Below, in pieces: positions 21,291 to 31,725 of a DNA stretch of 64,000 nt. Both the position numbers and the translations under genes were made by a program. The stretch is taken from the NCBI GenBank assembly GCA_040222015.1, contig JAVJWO010000165.1:1-64000 (forward strand). The letters run 5' to 3'. The stretch comes from Coleofasciculus chthonoplastes F2-STO-03 (GTDB lineage Bacteria; Cyanobacteriota; Cyanobacteriia; Cyanobacteriales; Coleofasciculaceae). Below the pieces are notes generated by a model. That model ran no database searches. It had not been told where the DNA came from and was given only the letters and a program-made list of their open reading frames with translations. How positions within the stretch are numbered: position 1 is the first letter of the stretch; each line of letters starts with the position of its first letter.

Positions 21291-22295
21291 TCAGGATGCT
21301 GTGACAATGCGATCGCGCCCTCCAGCCATGGCTAAATTTAGGGCGATCTGAGCCGCTTGTAGCACTTCTTTTGCTGTCTTACCATGTTCTGCAAAACTGG
21401 CTATCCCCGCAGAAATGGTCAGAGAACCCAGGGATTGACCGCGATAGTCTAAATGAAGTTGCTGAATAATCTGTCGCACTTGTTCAGCGCGTCGTTGGGT
21501 GACGGTTAACTTGGCTTCTGGTAACAATAGGAGAAATTGTTGACCGCCATAACGACAGGCAATATCAGACGCCCGAATTTGGCTAGGTAACAAAAATCCA
21601 ATCTCGCGCACCAGAAAATCCGCCACAGATTTCCCAAATTGCTGCTGTAACTGTTCCATCTCATCGATTTCCAATAAAATGACTCCGATGGGTTTGGGTT
21701 GACGTTGAGACTTGCGGATTTCTCGTTCAAAGCATTCTTTCAGGTAACGTCGGTTATACAGTTTCGTCAGCGGATCTCGAAACGTCTGGGTTTTCAGCGT
21801 TTCTCGCAGTTTTAAGTTCGCTAATGCCAAGCCAATATGCTTCGCTACCTTTTCTGCTAATTGTCGAGTTTGGGCAATTCGCCCCCGTTGGAGTGAACTA
21901 ACGGACAATAATCCCACAGTGTCTCCATGGGTAATCATGGGAACACAAAAGGTTTCCACAGCCGGAGAATTTGCGCGAATATGCTGACAGTTTAAACAAT
22001 ACTGAGTGTCATCGACCAAATGAGACTGTCCGCGTCGTAAGGCTAAACATTCGTGGGGCGAAAAGACAGAATCGCTCGTTAACGGGATAGAACCCCACGT
22101 CGCGATCGCCTCCAGCAAGTTTTTTGAGGAGTTCATGACAAAAATCGCCCCAATTTCATTGGGAAAAAGGTGTCGGACTAATGGTTCAATCGTTGAACAC
22201 GCTTCTTCTACCGAATAACTGGATTGAAGTGAATCAATCAATTGTTCGAGTACAGGGGTATTTACGAGTACAGGGGTATTTAATTGACTTTGCAT
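21291..22295 (-). CDS. GAF plus GGDEF-domain protein with degenerate active site (GGQQF)
   Basis: RDPLTKLYNRRY, RxxD I-site (RASD), YGGQQF. Confidence 0.85.
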   Translation of the reverse strand: MQSQLNTPVLVNTPVLEQLIDSLQSSYSVEEACSTIEPLVRHLFPNEIGAIFVMNSSKNLLEAIATWGSIPLTSDSVFSPHECLALRRGQSHLVDDTQYCLNCQHIRANSPAVETFCVPMITHGDTVGLLSVSSLQRGRIAQTRQLAEKVAKHIGLALANLKLRETLKTQTFRDPLTKLYNRRYLKECFEREIRKSQRQPKPIGVILLEIDEMEQLQQQFGKSVADFLVREIGFLLPSQIRASDIACRYGGQQFLLLLPEAKLTVTQRRAEQVRQIIQQLHLDYRGQSLGSLTISAGIASFAEHGKTAKEVLQAAQIALNLAMAGGRDRIVTAS

Positions 22296-22587
22296 TATAC
22301 CTGCGGTTTTTAACGGTGAGAGATTATCGTGATGCCCCTGATGTTGGTTCCTCTATACTGGCATTGTTATTTGTCATTCGTCATTTGTCATACTCGCGCA
22401 AGCGAGAAGCAAGCTACGTCATTGGTCATTCGTCAAGTCGGGGCGGGTGTAGGGTGAGGAGAGCGAAGCGTAACGCACCATTTCAAAAGATAGTAGTGAA
22501 ACCCGCCCCTACACCATCTTCCCTATCTTCCCCATCTTCCTCATCTCCCCCATCTTCCTCTTCTCCCCCATTTACTCCGCCCCTCTG

Positions 22588-23139
22588 TTAAAAAATAGCT
22601 GCTTCTAGCTTCGATAGTGCCTCTTCTAGGTTGTCATTGACAATTTGCAGATCGAACTCATCCACCGCCTCGATTTCAGCTTTAGCTCGTTCTAGGCGTC
22701 GTGCGATCGCCTCCTCATTATCTTGAGCCCGCCCACGAAGGCGCTGTTCGAGTTCCGCCATATTGGGGGGCAGAATAAAGATACGCAATGCGCTGGGAAA
22801 GGTTTGTTGAATTTGCCTTGCTCCCTCCAGTTCAATTTCTAAAAGGACAGACTCACCCCGTTGAATATGCTGGTCTACGGGTTGACGAGGTGTACCATAA
22901 TAATTTCCCGCATATTCTGCCCATTCTAATAACTCATTGGCGGTTACCATCTGCTTAAAGGTATCCTGACTGACAAAATAATAATGTTGTCCCTCAATTT
23001 CGCCGGGACGAGGTTGACGGGTGGTGGTGGAAATCGATAGATACAGTTGCGGGTGTTTCTGTAAGAGTAAACGGACTAGAGTTCCTTTGCCTACGCCACT
23101 TGGACCGGTTACTACAATAAGTCTGCCTGGTTTGATCAT
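22588..23139 (-). CDS. gmk: Guanylate kinase
   Basis: [22 protein letters not shown] motifs. Confidence 0.97.
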   Translation of the reverse strand: MIKPGRLIVVTGPSGVGKGTLVRLLLQKHPQLYLSISTTTRQPRPGEIEGQHYYFVSQDTFKQMVTANELLEWAEYAGNYYGTPRQPVDQHIQRGESVLLEIELEGARQIQQTFPSALRIFILPPNMAELEQRLRGRAQDNEEAIARRLERAKAEIEAVDEFDLQIVNDNLEEALSKLEAAIF

Positions 23140-23154
23140 CGGTTCCTTGTCGAA

Positions 23155-23421
23155 TCAATTGTGGGTGGTTGCCCCATCTTTGCCAATGACAAAGCGATGA
23201 GCAACGGTTTCTGGCTGAATCGCTGATAAAATGACATGGCTAGAATCGGTAATAATGACAGATCGAGTGCGCCGCCCATACGTGGCATCAATCAGTTGTC
23301 CGCGATCGCGAGCATCTGTAATGATACGCTTAATTGGGGCAGACTCTGGGGAAACGATTGCCACGACACGGTTTGCCGAAACAATGTTACCAAAACCGAT
23401 ATTGATCAGTTGAATATCCAT
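23155..23421 (-). CDS. remA: RemA/DUF370 family protein
   Basis: [27 protein letters not shown]; usual position upstream of gmk. Confidence 0.93.
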   Translation of the reverse strand: MDIQLINIGFGNIVSANRVVAIVSPESAPIKRIITDARDRGQLIDATYGRRTRSVIITDSSHVILSAIQPETVAHRFVIGKDGATTHN

Positions 23422-23486
23422 GAAAAACTAACGGCAAAAGCCGCCTGAGGAGCGATTACGAGGGATTTGATTTCAATGTTATCTAC

Positions 23487-24800
23487 TTGACACTCCCCGC
23501 GTCTTTAGAGCGGGGATTCTTGGTTCCCTGACTCACCGTTAGCCAGCAGGATTACTCCAACTGACCAAGAGGGTGTGTCTCCCCAAGCGTAAGTTCCGGT
23601 ATGCCCTACCGTACTTAATCCTTTTTGCAGGATGTTTAGACTGGCGGCAATGTCCCTATCTTCAACGTACCCACAGTTGCCACAGAGGTGTGTTCGTTGA
23701 GATAGGGATTTTTTAACTCTATGGTGACACTTTGGGCAATCTTGAGAGGTGTAATGTGGTGGAACCGCCACGGTTACTTTCCCGTACTTATATCCAAAGT
23801 ATTCTAGCCATTGTCGAAATGTAGACCAGCCTGCATCAGAAATGGACTTAGACAAGTGACGATTTCTTACCAGCCCTTTCACATTTAAGTCTTCATAAGC
23901 TACCAAGTCGTTAGATTGGATAACGGAATACGCAACTCGCTTACAGTATTCTTTTCGCTGCCTACTTACTCTTAAATGCTTCCGGGCATATCGTTTCCTT
24001 GCCTTATGATAGTTTTTTGATTGCGGTTTGGCTCCCTTCCGGTACTTCTTAGACTTTTTGCGGTTAGCTCTGTTGAGTTGCCTTTCTGAGAAGCGGTAAA
24101 ACTTTGGTGAATCCTCTGTATGACCATTAGAATCAGCCAGAAAGTATCTGATGCCCAAGTCTAAGCCGATGGCTTTCCCAGTCGGTATAGACGCGCCATG
24201 GTGCGTCTCTACAAGCCGCACGTCAACCTTAACCGCAAATTGTGCATAGTAACCGTCAGCACGTCGAACTAACCTTACTCGCTTGATTTGGTCAAGTTGG
24301 TAGAAGTTCAGATTGTAAGTGCCTTTAAGCTTTAGTCGCCCTATTCCTTTCTTGTCGGTAAAGGTAACGGCTTTCCGATTCTCCGATAGCTTCCATCCTG
24401 ATGTTTTGTACTCAACAGAACGGCAGTTTTTCTTGAACTTAGGAAAACCCTTTTTCCCTTTGATTTTGTTCCGACAGTTTTCGTAGAAACGGCTAATAGC
24501 ACTCCAAGCACGTTCAGCCGATGATTGACGCGCCTGAGAGTTGAGTTCCGCAGCAAAGCTAAACTCTTTCGCTAATACACTGCAATATTTGTTGAGGTCG
24601 TACTTGTTGACACCTTTGTTATCCATCCAGTATCGTAAGCATTTATTTCGGACAAATTGCGCTGTCCGAATTGCCTCGTCAATAGCTGCGTATTGAGTTA
24701 GTTTAGCTTTTACCTTGAACTCAAAAACTATCATGGTCGTTTTTAGGCTTATACTGCTTATTTTAGCATAAAACCTGATAATTGTACTAGACTCGCAACT
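23487..24800 (-). mobile_element. Second IS200/IS605 tnpB element; left end not recognised
   Basis: Right end ...GCGGGGAGTGTCAA with hairpin at 23487-23519. Confidence 0.7.
23505..24734 (-). CDS. tnpB: RNA-guided endonuclease TnpB
   Basis: GLDLG, YEDL, DRDIAA RuvC motifs and zinc ribbon; in-frame palindrome insertion VETHHGASI. Confidence 0.93.
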   Translation of the reverse strand: MIVFEFKVKAKLTQYAAIDEAIRTAQFVRNKCLRYWMDNKGVNKYDLNKYCSVLAKEFSFAAELNSQARQSSAERAWSAISRFYENCRNKIKGKKGFPKFKKNCRSVEYKTSGWKLSENRKAVTFTDKKGIGRLKLKGTYNLNFYQLDQIKRVRLVRRADGYYAQFAVKVDVRLVETHHGASIPTGKAIGLDLGIRYFLADSNGHTEDSPKFYRFSERQLNRANRKKSKKYRKGAKPQSKNYHKARKRYARKHLRVSRQRKEYCKRVAYSVIQSNDLVAYEDLNVKGLVRNRHLSKSISDAGWSTFRQWLEYFGYKYGKVTVAVPPHYTSQDCPKCHHRVKKSLSQRTHLCGNCGYVEDRDIAASLNILQKGLSTVGHTGTYAWGDTPSWSVGVILLANGESGNQESPL

Positions 24801-24822
24801 TTTGTCCAACTACTTATCAAAT

Positions 24823-26661
24823 ATGCAACAGGTTGACGTTACGACCTTGACAGCCGCTTGTGCTGAGTTACAAGCTGGCTGGATACCAGGACGACTCGAA
24901 CAAGTTTATCAGCGCGATCGCTTTACCATTGCTCTATGCTTACGAACACTTCAGGGTAGAGGATGGCTGACGCTGGCTTGGCATCCCCAAGCCGCCCGAA
25001 TTTGCTTGACTGATCCGCCACCTCGCCTACCGGATACGTTTACGTTTAGTGATCAACTGCGACATCAGTTAAAGGGGTTGGCGCTAGTCGGAATTCAGTT
25101 TATTGCCCCTTGGGAGCGAGTATTGGACTTGCAATTTGCCCGACGCCCTAGAGATCCAATTCTCTGGCATCTGTATGTGGAAATTATGGGGAAATATAGT
25201 AACGTTATTCTGACCGATGCTAAAAATATCATCGTCACCGCCGCCCATCAGGTGAGTTCTCAGCAATCCAGTGTCCGTCCAATTCAAACGGGTCAGCCTT
25301 ACGAACATCCGCCAGCATTGTTAGGGGATTTACCCAGTTTAAGTGAGTCCCAGGAGCGTTGGCAAGAACGAGTTAGCTTAGTTCCCGGAGCGTTAAAACG
25401 GCAATTACTTAAAAGTTACCGGGGATTAAGTCCCGCCTTGGTGCGTTCTATGATCCAAGCGGCTGAGTTAGATCCCAACCAATCCACGGAAACCTTAGAG
25501 ACAGAAGATTGGCAACGGTTATTTCAGCGCTGGCAAGAATGGCTATGGGCGCTGGAGAATTGGGGCGCAGAGGTGCTGGGGAGCGGAGGTGCTGGGGAAG
25601 CTGGGGAAGCTGGGGGAGCAGAGGGAGCCGGGGAAGCTGGGGGAGACAAGGAAGTTAACCGTTTACAACCGGGTTGGACAGAGGATGGATATAATGTGCT
25701 GGGTTGGGGTGTGGTTAAGCCTGCGCCAAATGTCCAGGTTTTACTGCATCATTACTATACTGACCAACTGAATCAACAAGAGTTTAGCCGACTCCGTAAC
25801 CAACTGACTCAGAAAGTCAACAATTTTTTAGTGCGATCGCGCTCCAAGGCGTTAGGCTTTGAACAACGGTTACAGCAATCGGAACAGGCGGATGAGTATC
25901 GTCAACAGGCTGACTTATTGATGGCGCATCTGCAAGAGTGGCAACCGGGAATGAATCAGATCACGGTTCTGGATTTTGAAACCAATCAACCGTTGACGAT
26001 TTCCCTCGATCCCGACAAAAATGCCGTGCAAAATGCTCAATCCCTCTATAAACGTCATCAAAAGCTGAAACGGGCGCGTCTGGCGGTTGTACCGTTACTG
26101 CAAGAGGTGCAAGGGGAAGTTGACTATTTGGAACAGGTTGAGGCATCCTTAATTCAGATTGATCGCTACACGACGCCGGAAGATTTGCAGGCGTTACAGG
26201 AAATCCGCGAGGAGTTGATTGGGCAAGGGTATTTGGATGTTCAAGATCAACGCAGTCGGGATGAGAATGAAGCCTCTGAACCCTACCGATATCGCACGCC
26301 CAGTGGGTTTGAATTGTTAATTGGTCGTAACAATCGCCAAAATGACCAACTGACGTTTCGCACGGCTGGGGATTATGACTTGTGGTTTCATACCCAAGAG
26401 ATTGCTGGGAGTCATGTCTTATTACGGTTAGATCCGGGGGCGGTGGCGGATGAGGTGGATCTCCAGTTTGCGGCTGACTTAGCTGCTCATTATAGTCGAG
26501 GTCGTCAGAGTGATGTGGTGCCGGTGGTGTATACTGAGCCGAAGCATGTCTATAAGCCCAAGGGCGCTAAACCGGGGATGGCGATTTACAAGCGAGAACG
26601 GATCGTGTGGGGGCGTCCTCAACAGGCTGAACACTATCGGACGGCAGATATCTCTGGTTAA
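24823..26661 (+). CDS. rqcH: Ribosome quality control factor RqcH (NFACT/FbpA family)
   Basis: EIMGKYSN, NAQSLYK, GRNNRQND, WFHTQEIAGSHV, KPKGAKPG motifs. Confidence 0.92.
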   Translation: MQQVDVTTLTAACAELQAGWIPGRLEQVYQRDRFTIALCLRTLQGRGWLTLAWHPQAARICLTDPPPRLPDTFTFSDQLRHQLKGLALVGIQFIAPWERVLDLQFARRPRDPILWHLYVEIMGKYSNVILTDAKNIIVTAAHQVSSQQSSVRPIQTGQPYEHPPALLGDLPSLSESQERWQERVSLVPGALKRQLLKSYRGLSPALVRSMIQAAELDPNQSTETLETEDWQRLFQRWQEWLWALENWGAEVLGSGGAGEAGEAGGAEGAGEAGGDKEVNRLQPGWTEDGYNVLGWGVVKPAPNVQVLLHHYYTDQLNQQEFSRLRNQLTQKVNNFLVRSRSKALGFEQRLQQSEQADEYRQQADLLMAHLQEWQPGMNQITVLDFETNQPLTISLDPDKNAVQNAQSLYKRHQKLKRARLAVVPLLQEVQGEVDYLEQVEASLIQIDRYTTPEDLQALQEIREELIGQGYLDVQDQRSRDENEASEPYRYRTPSGFELLIGRNNRQNDQLTFRTAGDYDLWFHTQEIAGSHVLLRLDPGAVADEVDLQFAADLAAHYSRGRQSDVVPVVYTEPKHVYKPKGAKPGMAIYKRERIVWGRPQQAEHYRTADISG

Positions 26662-26896
26662 GAATGTAAATTTTGATAAAAAACGTATTCTCTGTTACGA
26701 TAAAAATATAAAGAAATCTTAAGCTGTGCGCTTGGGAACGGGCAGCAGATTTCCTCCAAAAATGACAACAAAATTTGTAGCACATAAAAGACCATCTGTC
26801 AAGTTGATGGTCTTTTTCAGTTATTGGTCATCGGTCAGGGCGGGTTTCGTTGTTTGGTTTAAGGTGTATTTGTTCAATTAATCCCTAAACCCGCCC

Positions 26897-27733
26897 CTAC
26901 GGGATCTCGGTTAACGATAGTGCCATTTGGTAGAGTTGGCGTCGTGGGAGATTGGTGAGGTGAGATAATTGACGGGCGGCTTGCGATCGCGAAAGTCCTT
27001 GGTTAATCAGTTGGCTGAGTTCGGCTTTCAGGGCGGCTTCCGAGAGGACAGGGATTTCAGCAGGTGCGCCAGCGAGGACAAGAGTAAATTCGCCTTTGGG
27101 TTCGTGGTCAGTGTAGTATGCGATCGCGTCTTCAATGGTGCCTCGCCAGAATTGTTCGTGTAATTTGGTTAACTCCCGCGCGAGGACGATTTGACGAGAC
27201 GGACTAAAGATAGTGGCGAAATCTTGTAGGGTTTGCTGGAGACGGTAGGGCGATTCGTAAAAAATTAACGTTCTCGATTCAGCCGCTAACACCTCTAACC
27301 GTTGTTGGCGTTCTTGTCCACTCGCGGGTAAAAAGCCTTCAAACACAAATCGATCTGTGGGGAGTCCAGAGGCGCTGAGGGCGGTGATTCCCGCCGTGGC
27401 ACCGGGGATGGGGATAACTAGAATTCCGGCTTCTATAGCAGCTTGGACGAGTTCATAACCGGGGTCAGATATACTCGGCATTCCCGCATCGGTAACCAGG
27501 GCGATAGTTTTTCCTGTGGTTAACTGATTCAGCAATTCAGGTAGACGCTGCTGGCGATTGTGCTGGTGGTAACTGATTTGAGGGGTTTTAATTTGAAAAT
27601 GCTGCAATAGTTTTCCCGTATGGCGGGTATCTTCGGCGGCGATAGTATCGACGGTTTGTAAGATGCGTATCGCCCGAAAGGTCATATCTTCTAGGTTGCC
27701 AATTGGCGTCCCGACAACATACAGTGTCCCCAT
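26897..27733 (-). CDS. rsmI: 16S rRNA C1402 2'-O-methyltransferase
   Basis: LYVVGTPIGNLED, AAEDTR, DAGMPSISDPG, ARELTKLHE. Confidence 0.96.
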   Translation of the reverse strand: MGTLYVVGTPIGNLEDMTFRAIRILQTVDTIAAEDTRHTGKLLQHFQIKTPQISYHQHNRQQRLPELLNQLTTGKTIALVTDAGMPSISDPGYELVQAAIEAGILVIPIPGATAGITALSASGLPTDRFVFEGFLPASGQERQQRLEVLAAESRTLIFYESPYRLQQTLQDFATIFSPSRQIVLARELTKLHEQFWRGTIEDAIAYYTDHEPKGEFTLVLAGAPAEIPVLSEAALKAELSQLINQGLSRSQAARQLSHLTNLPRRQLYQMALSLTEIP

Positions 27734-27947
27734 TTGTCTAATTTAATACCGGCTGACTTTGTTACTCTAACTTTTTTTTGGGCTAGAATCGACAAAGACA
27801 TCTTGAGTCGAAGTTACCAAAGGTGGGCTATCGCGGCTCTGCCGATACTGGCGAAGCATTTTATGGAGTAGCGTAGCGGCGGTTTTGCTTCTAGGGAAAG
27901 ATTAGACAGACGGCTAATTTATTTTTTCAGAACCTTATTTGGAGATT

Positions 27948-29093
27948 ATGGAAAATTCAGTCAAACCAATCCAAAAAATTCTTTTTGGCAGTCCCGGTAC
28001 GGGTAAAAGTTATCAGGTGCGCGAGATTGCCAAGGAGAAACTAGGTATAGAATTTGATGAAGATACCAAAATTCTAAAGAATACGGTTAAAACTGTATTT
28101 CACCCTGAATATACTTATTCTGATTTTGTGGGTAAGCTATTGCCGTACACTTATGGCAATTCTGTAGTTTACAAGTATTACCCCGGACATTTCCTACAGG
28201 CATTGGGTAAAGCCTATCGAGGTTTAATTGAAAATTCCGAAGAAAAATATCTATTAGTAATTGATGAATTGAATAGAGGAAATGCTGCTGCTATTTTTGG
28301 CTCGATATTTCAGTTATTAGATAGAGAAGATGATGGCTGGTCAACTTACGAAGTGGATATATCTGAATTGGAACTGGTCGGTTTGTTGAATGCGATGGAC
28401 TATAAAGCTAATATTACAGTTGATCGAGAGATACAGGTAAAAGGTTCAACATTAGAAAAATTTTTATTCTATGAATTGCAAAATAAATTAGGCAGCAATT
28501 CTGAGGATAGGGATAGAGTAAGAATGTTGAAAAATTTAAAGGATTATAAAATTAGCCTTCCTCCTAATTTATCCATTCTTGCTACCATCAATACCTCTGA
28601 TGAGTCAATTTACTATCTAGACAGCGCTTTTAAGAGACGTTGGGATTGGAAGTATGTGGATGCTCCTAGTAAGGCTGACATAAGAAGTGAAAACGTACCA
28701 GATATAATATCACAAGCAACTTTGGAACTAGAGAATAGTGAGCATCTAGATTGGTATCGATGTATTATAGGCATCAATGAGTTTATAAAATCCCATCATC
28801 AAAGTATTAGACGAGTAGAAGATAAACAAATTGGTTGGTGGTTTATTAAACCTCGTGATGGCAAAGTTTCGTTGGATCAAGTAAAAGATAAAGTAATGTT
28901 CTATTTGTGGGATAGTGTATTTGCCAGAGACAAAAGACCTTTAGTGCAACTTTTTGCAGAATCATTGAATGACACAAACTTAACTACTTATGCCGATTTC
29001 GTGAGGTATGCAGAAGAGTTTATCAAAAATATGCATAATAGTGTACTTACTTTAGAATATGAAGATGAGTTAGAATATCTTCCTGATTTTTGA
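27948..29093 (+). CDS. McrB-like AAA+ NTPase subunit
   Basis: GSPGTGKS, FHPEYTYSDF, IDELNRGN, TINTSD (McrB NTxD motif), LDSAFKRRW. Confidence 0.88.
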   Translation: MENSVKPIQKILFGSPGTGKSYQVREIAKEKLGIEFDEDTKILKNTVKTVFHPEYTYSDFVGKLLPYTYGNSVVYKYYPGHFLQALGKAYRGLIENSEEKYLLVIDELNRGNAAAIFGSIFQLLDREDDGWSTYEVDISELELVGLLNAMDYKANITVDREIQVKGSTLEKFLFYELQNKLGSNSEDRDRVRMLKNLKDYKISLPPNLSILATINTSDESIYYLDSAFKRRWDWKYVDAPSKADIRSENVPDIISQATLELENSEHLDWYRCIIGINEFIKSHHQSIRRVEDKQIGWWFIKPRDGKVSLDQVKDKVMFYLWDSVFARDKRPLVQLFAESLNDTNLTTYADFVRYAEEFIKNMHNSVLTLEYEDELEYLPDF

Positions 29094-29096
29094 ATA

Positions 29097-30935
29097 ATGA
29101 TAGATTTTAAAGAACTGCAATTAGAGGTTAATAAAACCTATTCATTTGTAGGTATAGAAATACGAAAGTCCCAGCTAATATTATGCTTGCCTAAAGGATT
29201 TGATCCAAGCTTGTTTACTACTTACGACAGCAAGCGAGACTTGTTTTTTCAGTTTTATAGGGTATTGAATCATTTCAAAGAAATTTGCCTCCAGAAAGAT
29301 TATCTTAAATTAGACGCTGATATCAAAACTCAGGATAGGGACGGTGTAATCAGAAATCAGGGAAGTATTCAGCGAATCAGCTTACCTGATGTTGAGATAG
29401 AAGAAAGTATTTTTTACTCGAAGTTAGATCTGATTGATTCTATTCTCAACGCTTATGATGAGCTTAAAATATTGTCTTTAGCTGATAGATTGGGAAAATC
29501 GGAGAAAATAGACTACAGCAAACTGCATTCATTTCTACACCGTGCGGTGTATTTGGATAACGGCGTAGCATATATTGATGCTATGACATTACCCCGGCAG
29601 ATGATGCATTACCAGCCCACTGATATCGTTGGTATGTACTGCTATATCCTGGTAGAGGTTAAGCAGCAGTTGCATGAAGAAGTTAGCGGTGAAGTTACTG
29701 CTTTAGCCGAACGGTTTAAGCACAAGTATATTGATGCCGAGTCTGGCTTATTTCATGCTGAGTATAGCAGTCAAACTGTTGATAGTCTTAAAGATGCACT
29801 GGAATTAATTGATAGAAACACTGCCCTTAAAGATACAGATTACTGGTATTTTCATGATGCAATTGAGTTATTTTTGCATGGGGAGCTATCTCAAACTGAT
29901 GAAGGAAAAATCTGGGGAATAAAAAACTTTTATAGTGTTTGGGAGTCCATGTGCCTGACGTACTTAGCAAAGACAGTTTTACCCGAATATATCTTGCACT
30001 TAGATACCAGATTTCTCTCTAATAATGTAGTATCATTAGCTAATAGTAATACCAAGATAGTGGATCTAGCTAATGTCTTTAGTATTAATGGTAGGCGATT
30101 AGTACCAGATGCGGTTGTATTTTCTACTGGTTTCCATGAATTTAGGTGGAGAGAAAAAAATACTATTTTCTTGAAAAAACAAACTTATAAGGGGACTACA
30201 TGGGATGACTATGGCTATACAACTAAATTCGAGTCACCTGATTTTGCTGAAGTTGATTTGAAAATAGCTTATGAAGGTCAGCCTTTAAATAAACATACTT
30301 TTGAAGAGTTAGAAAAAATTTATAGGAATCAAAATAATCAACTCATTATCAATAGTCAATTGCCTAGCAATTTTTATTCCTTTTGGGAAATAGATCTTAA
30401 ACAGTTAAGTTTCAAATCGCTAGATATGATATTTAAGCTAAATCACGTTTTTTACGTGGCTTTAAATAAAGCTATCTTTACTCCAGATAAATTTGAGAAA
30501 TTTTTATTGGATGAGTTTGGTTTTAATGAAGACAATGTCTTTAATAACTCCTTGTTTAGACGTGAGCTAATAAAATTAACAATAAAAGAATTAATTGATG
30601 AATTTACAAGTTTTACAAGTTTTTTCCGCACAGTATGCTCTTTGAAAGTGATTGACATAAAATACTTATCCCTAGCCTACTGTCGCGACATTAAGAATCG
30701 TCGTTATCTTAAAGAAGAAAGTATCAGAAAACAATTTGTCTATGAATATCTCTTGCAAAAATTTGTTGGTGGCAATGATAGTTTTAATGATTTAGATATT
30801 AAGAGTGAGTTCTGGATACCTTCCTGTCAAAATGATTCTGAGATCATCAAGGAAGTTGAGCCAGAGTACCTAGAGGGATATATTAGTTTAAAAAATATCA
30901 ATTTTGCCGCTCTTGTTAATAGCTACTTAGATTAG
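29097..30935 (+). CDS. McrC/LlaJI-like restriction nuclease subunit (putative)
   Basis: Directly after the McrB-like gene; WESMC, LVPDAV, IDIKY, KQFVYE resemble a PD-(D/E)xK nuclease; AT-rich. Confidence 0.6.
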   Translation: MIDFKELQLEVNKTYSFVGIEIRKSQLILCLPKGFDPSLFTTYDSKRDLFFQFYRVLNHFKEICLQKDYLKLDADIKTQDRDGVIRNQGSIQRISLPDVEIEESIFYSKLDLIDSILNAYDELKILSLADRLGKSEKIDYSKLHSFLHRAVYLDNGVAYIDAMTLPRQMMHYQPTDIVGMYCYILVEVKQQLHEEVSGEVTALAERFKHKYIDAESGLFHAEYSSQTVDSLKDALELIDRNTALKDTDYWYFHDAIELFLHGELSQTDEGKIWGIKNFYSVWESMCLTYLAKTVLPEYILHLDTRFLSNNVVSLANSNTKIVDLANVFSINGRRLVPDAVVFSTGFHEFRWREKNTIFLKKQTYKGTTWDDYGYTTKFESPDFAEVDLKIAYEGQPLNKHTFEELEKIYRNQNNQLIINSQLPSNFYSFWEIDLKQLSFKSLDMIFKLNHVFYVALNKAIFTPDKFEKFLLDEFGFNEDNVFNNSLFRRELIKLTIKELIDEFTSFTSFFRTVCSLKVIDIKYLSLAYCRDIKNRRYLKEESIRKQFVYEYLLQKFVGGNDSFNDLDIKSEFWIPSCQNDSEIIKEVEPEYLEGYISLKNINFAALVNSYLD

Positions 30936-30940
30936 CCGAA

Positions 30941-31543
30941 ATGTCATCAACAAAAGAACAACTCCTGCAACGAATAGAAGCATTAGGGCTACAGCAAGCC
31001 CTCTTTCCCGCAAATGGAGAGCCAATTAATGAAATTGTATACCAGCTCGAAAACCTTAATCCCATTCCCAACCCACTCCACCCCGACTCTCTTCCCTCTC
31101 TACTCGGTAACTGGGAATTGATCTACGCCTCAAGAGGAACCGTTGTTACCCGCCAACTGGCATCAATTCCAGATTTGGGGGAAACCCTAAAAATCAAACG
31201 GGTGTGGCAAACCTTAGTTGCAGGTGATACCCAGAAAATCTGTGCCTCTAACGGTGCATTTCTGGACTTACCTCTGCTAGGAGAATGGCGGTTACAAGCT
31301 GATGGAGTTTGGACGTGGGACACTCCCGATCGCACTGCTAATGTTACCTTTAATGCATTCTCCCTGCAAGCAACCAAACCCTTTAATCTGGAAAACTGGA
31401 GCCTTCCTGAATTGAAAATCCCCGTCTGGGAATTCTTCCGCAATCAGGCTTTATGGACAACCTCCTACCTCGATCCAGAAATCCGGGTAGGGCGAGGTGC
31501 AACAGGCAATCTGTTTGTATTTCGTCGTCGCGATCGCCTCTGA
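30941..31543 (+). CDS. PAP/fibrillin family protein
   Basis: LENLNP, LLGNWELIY, TSYLDPEIRVGRG motifs. Confidence 0.88.
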   Translation: MSSTKEQLLQRIEALGLQQALFPANGEPINEIVYQLENLNPIPNPLHPDSLPSLLGNWELIYASRGTVVTRQLASIPDLGETLKIKRVWQTLVAGDTQKICASNGAFLDLPLLGEWRLQADGVWTWDTPDRTANVTFNAFSLQATKPFNLENWSLPELKIPVWEFFRNQALWTTSYLDPEIRVGRGATGNLFVFRRRDRL

Positions 31544-31725
31544 TACACAACCTTAACATTTATAGTCAGAAAGGGGAGAGCGCGACATAGAGGAAATTAA
31601 CCGACGTCTAAATTGAATCTAATCAAAGTCCCCCTTTTGAAGGGGGATTTAGGGGGATCTAAACTTTGGGCGCTAGTCATACAAAGTCTTAATTTGACAC
31701 CAATGCACGTCGGTGCGCCCCTACC

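Noticed and set aside
24823..27733. rqcH and rsmI as part of the translation-stress island
   Set aside because: Core genes more than 20 kb away in their usual gmk/remA context
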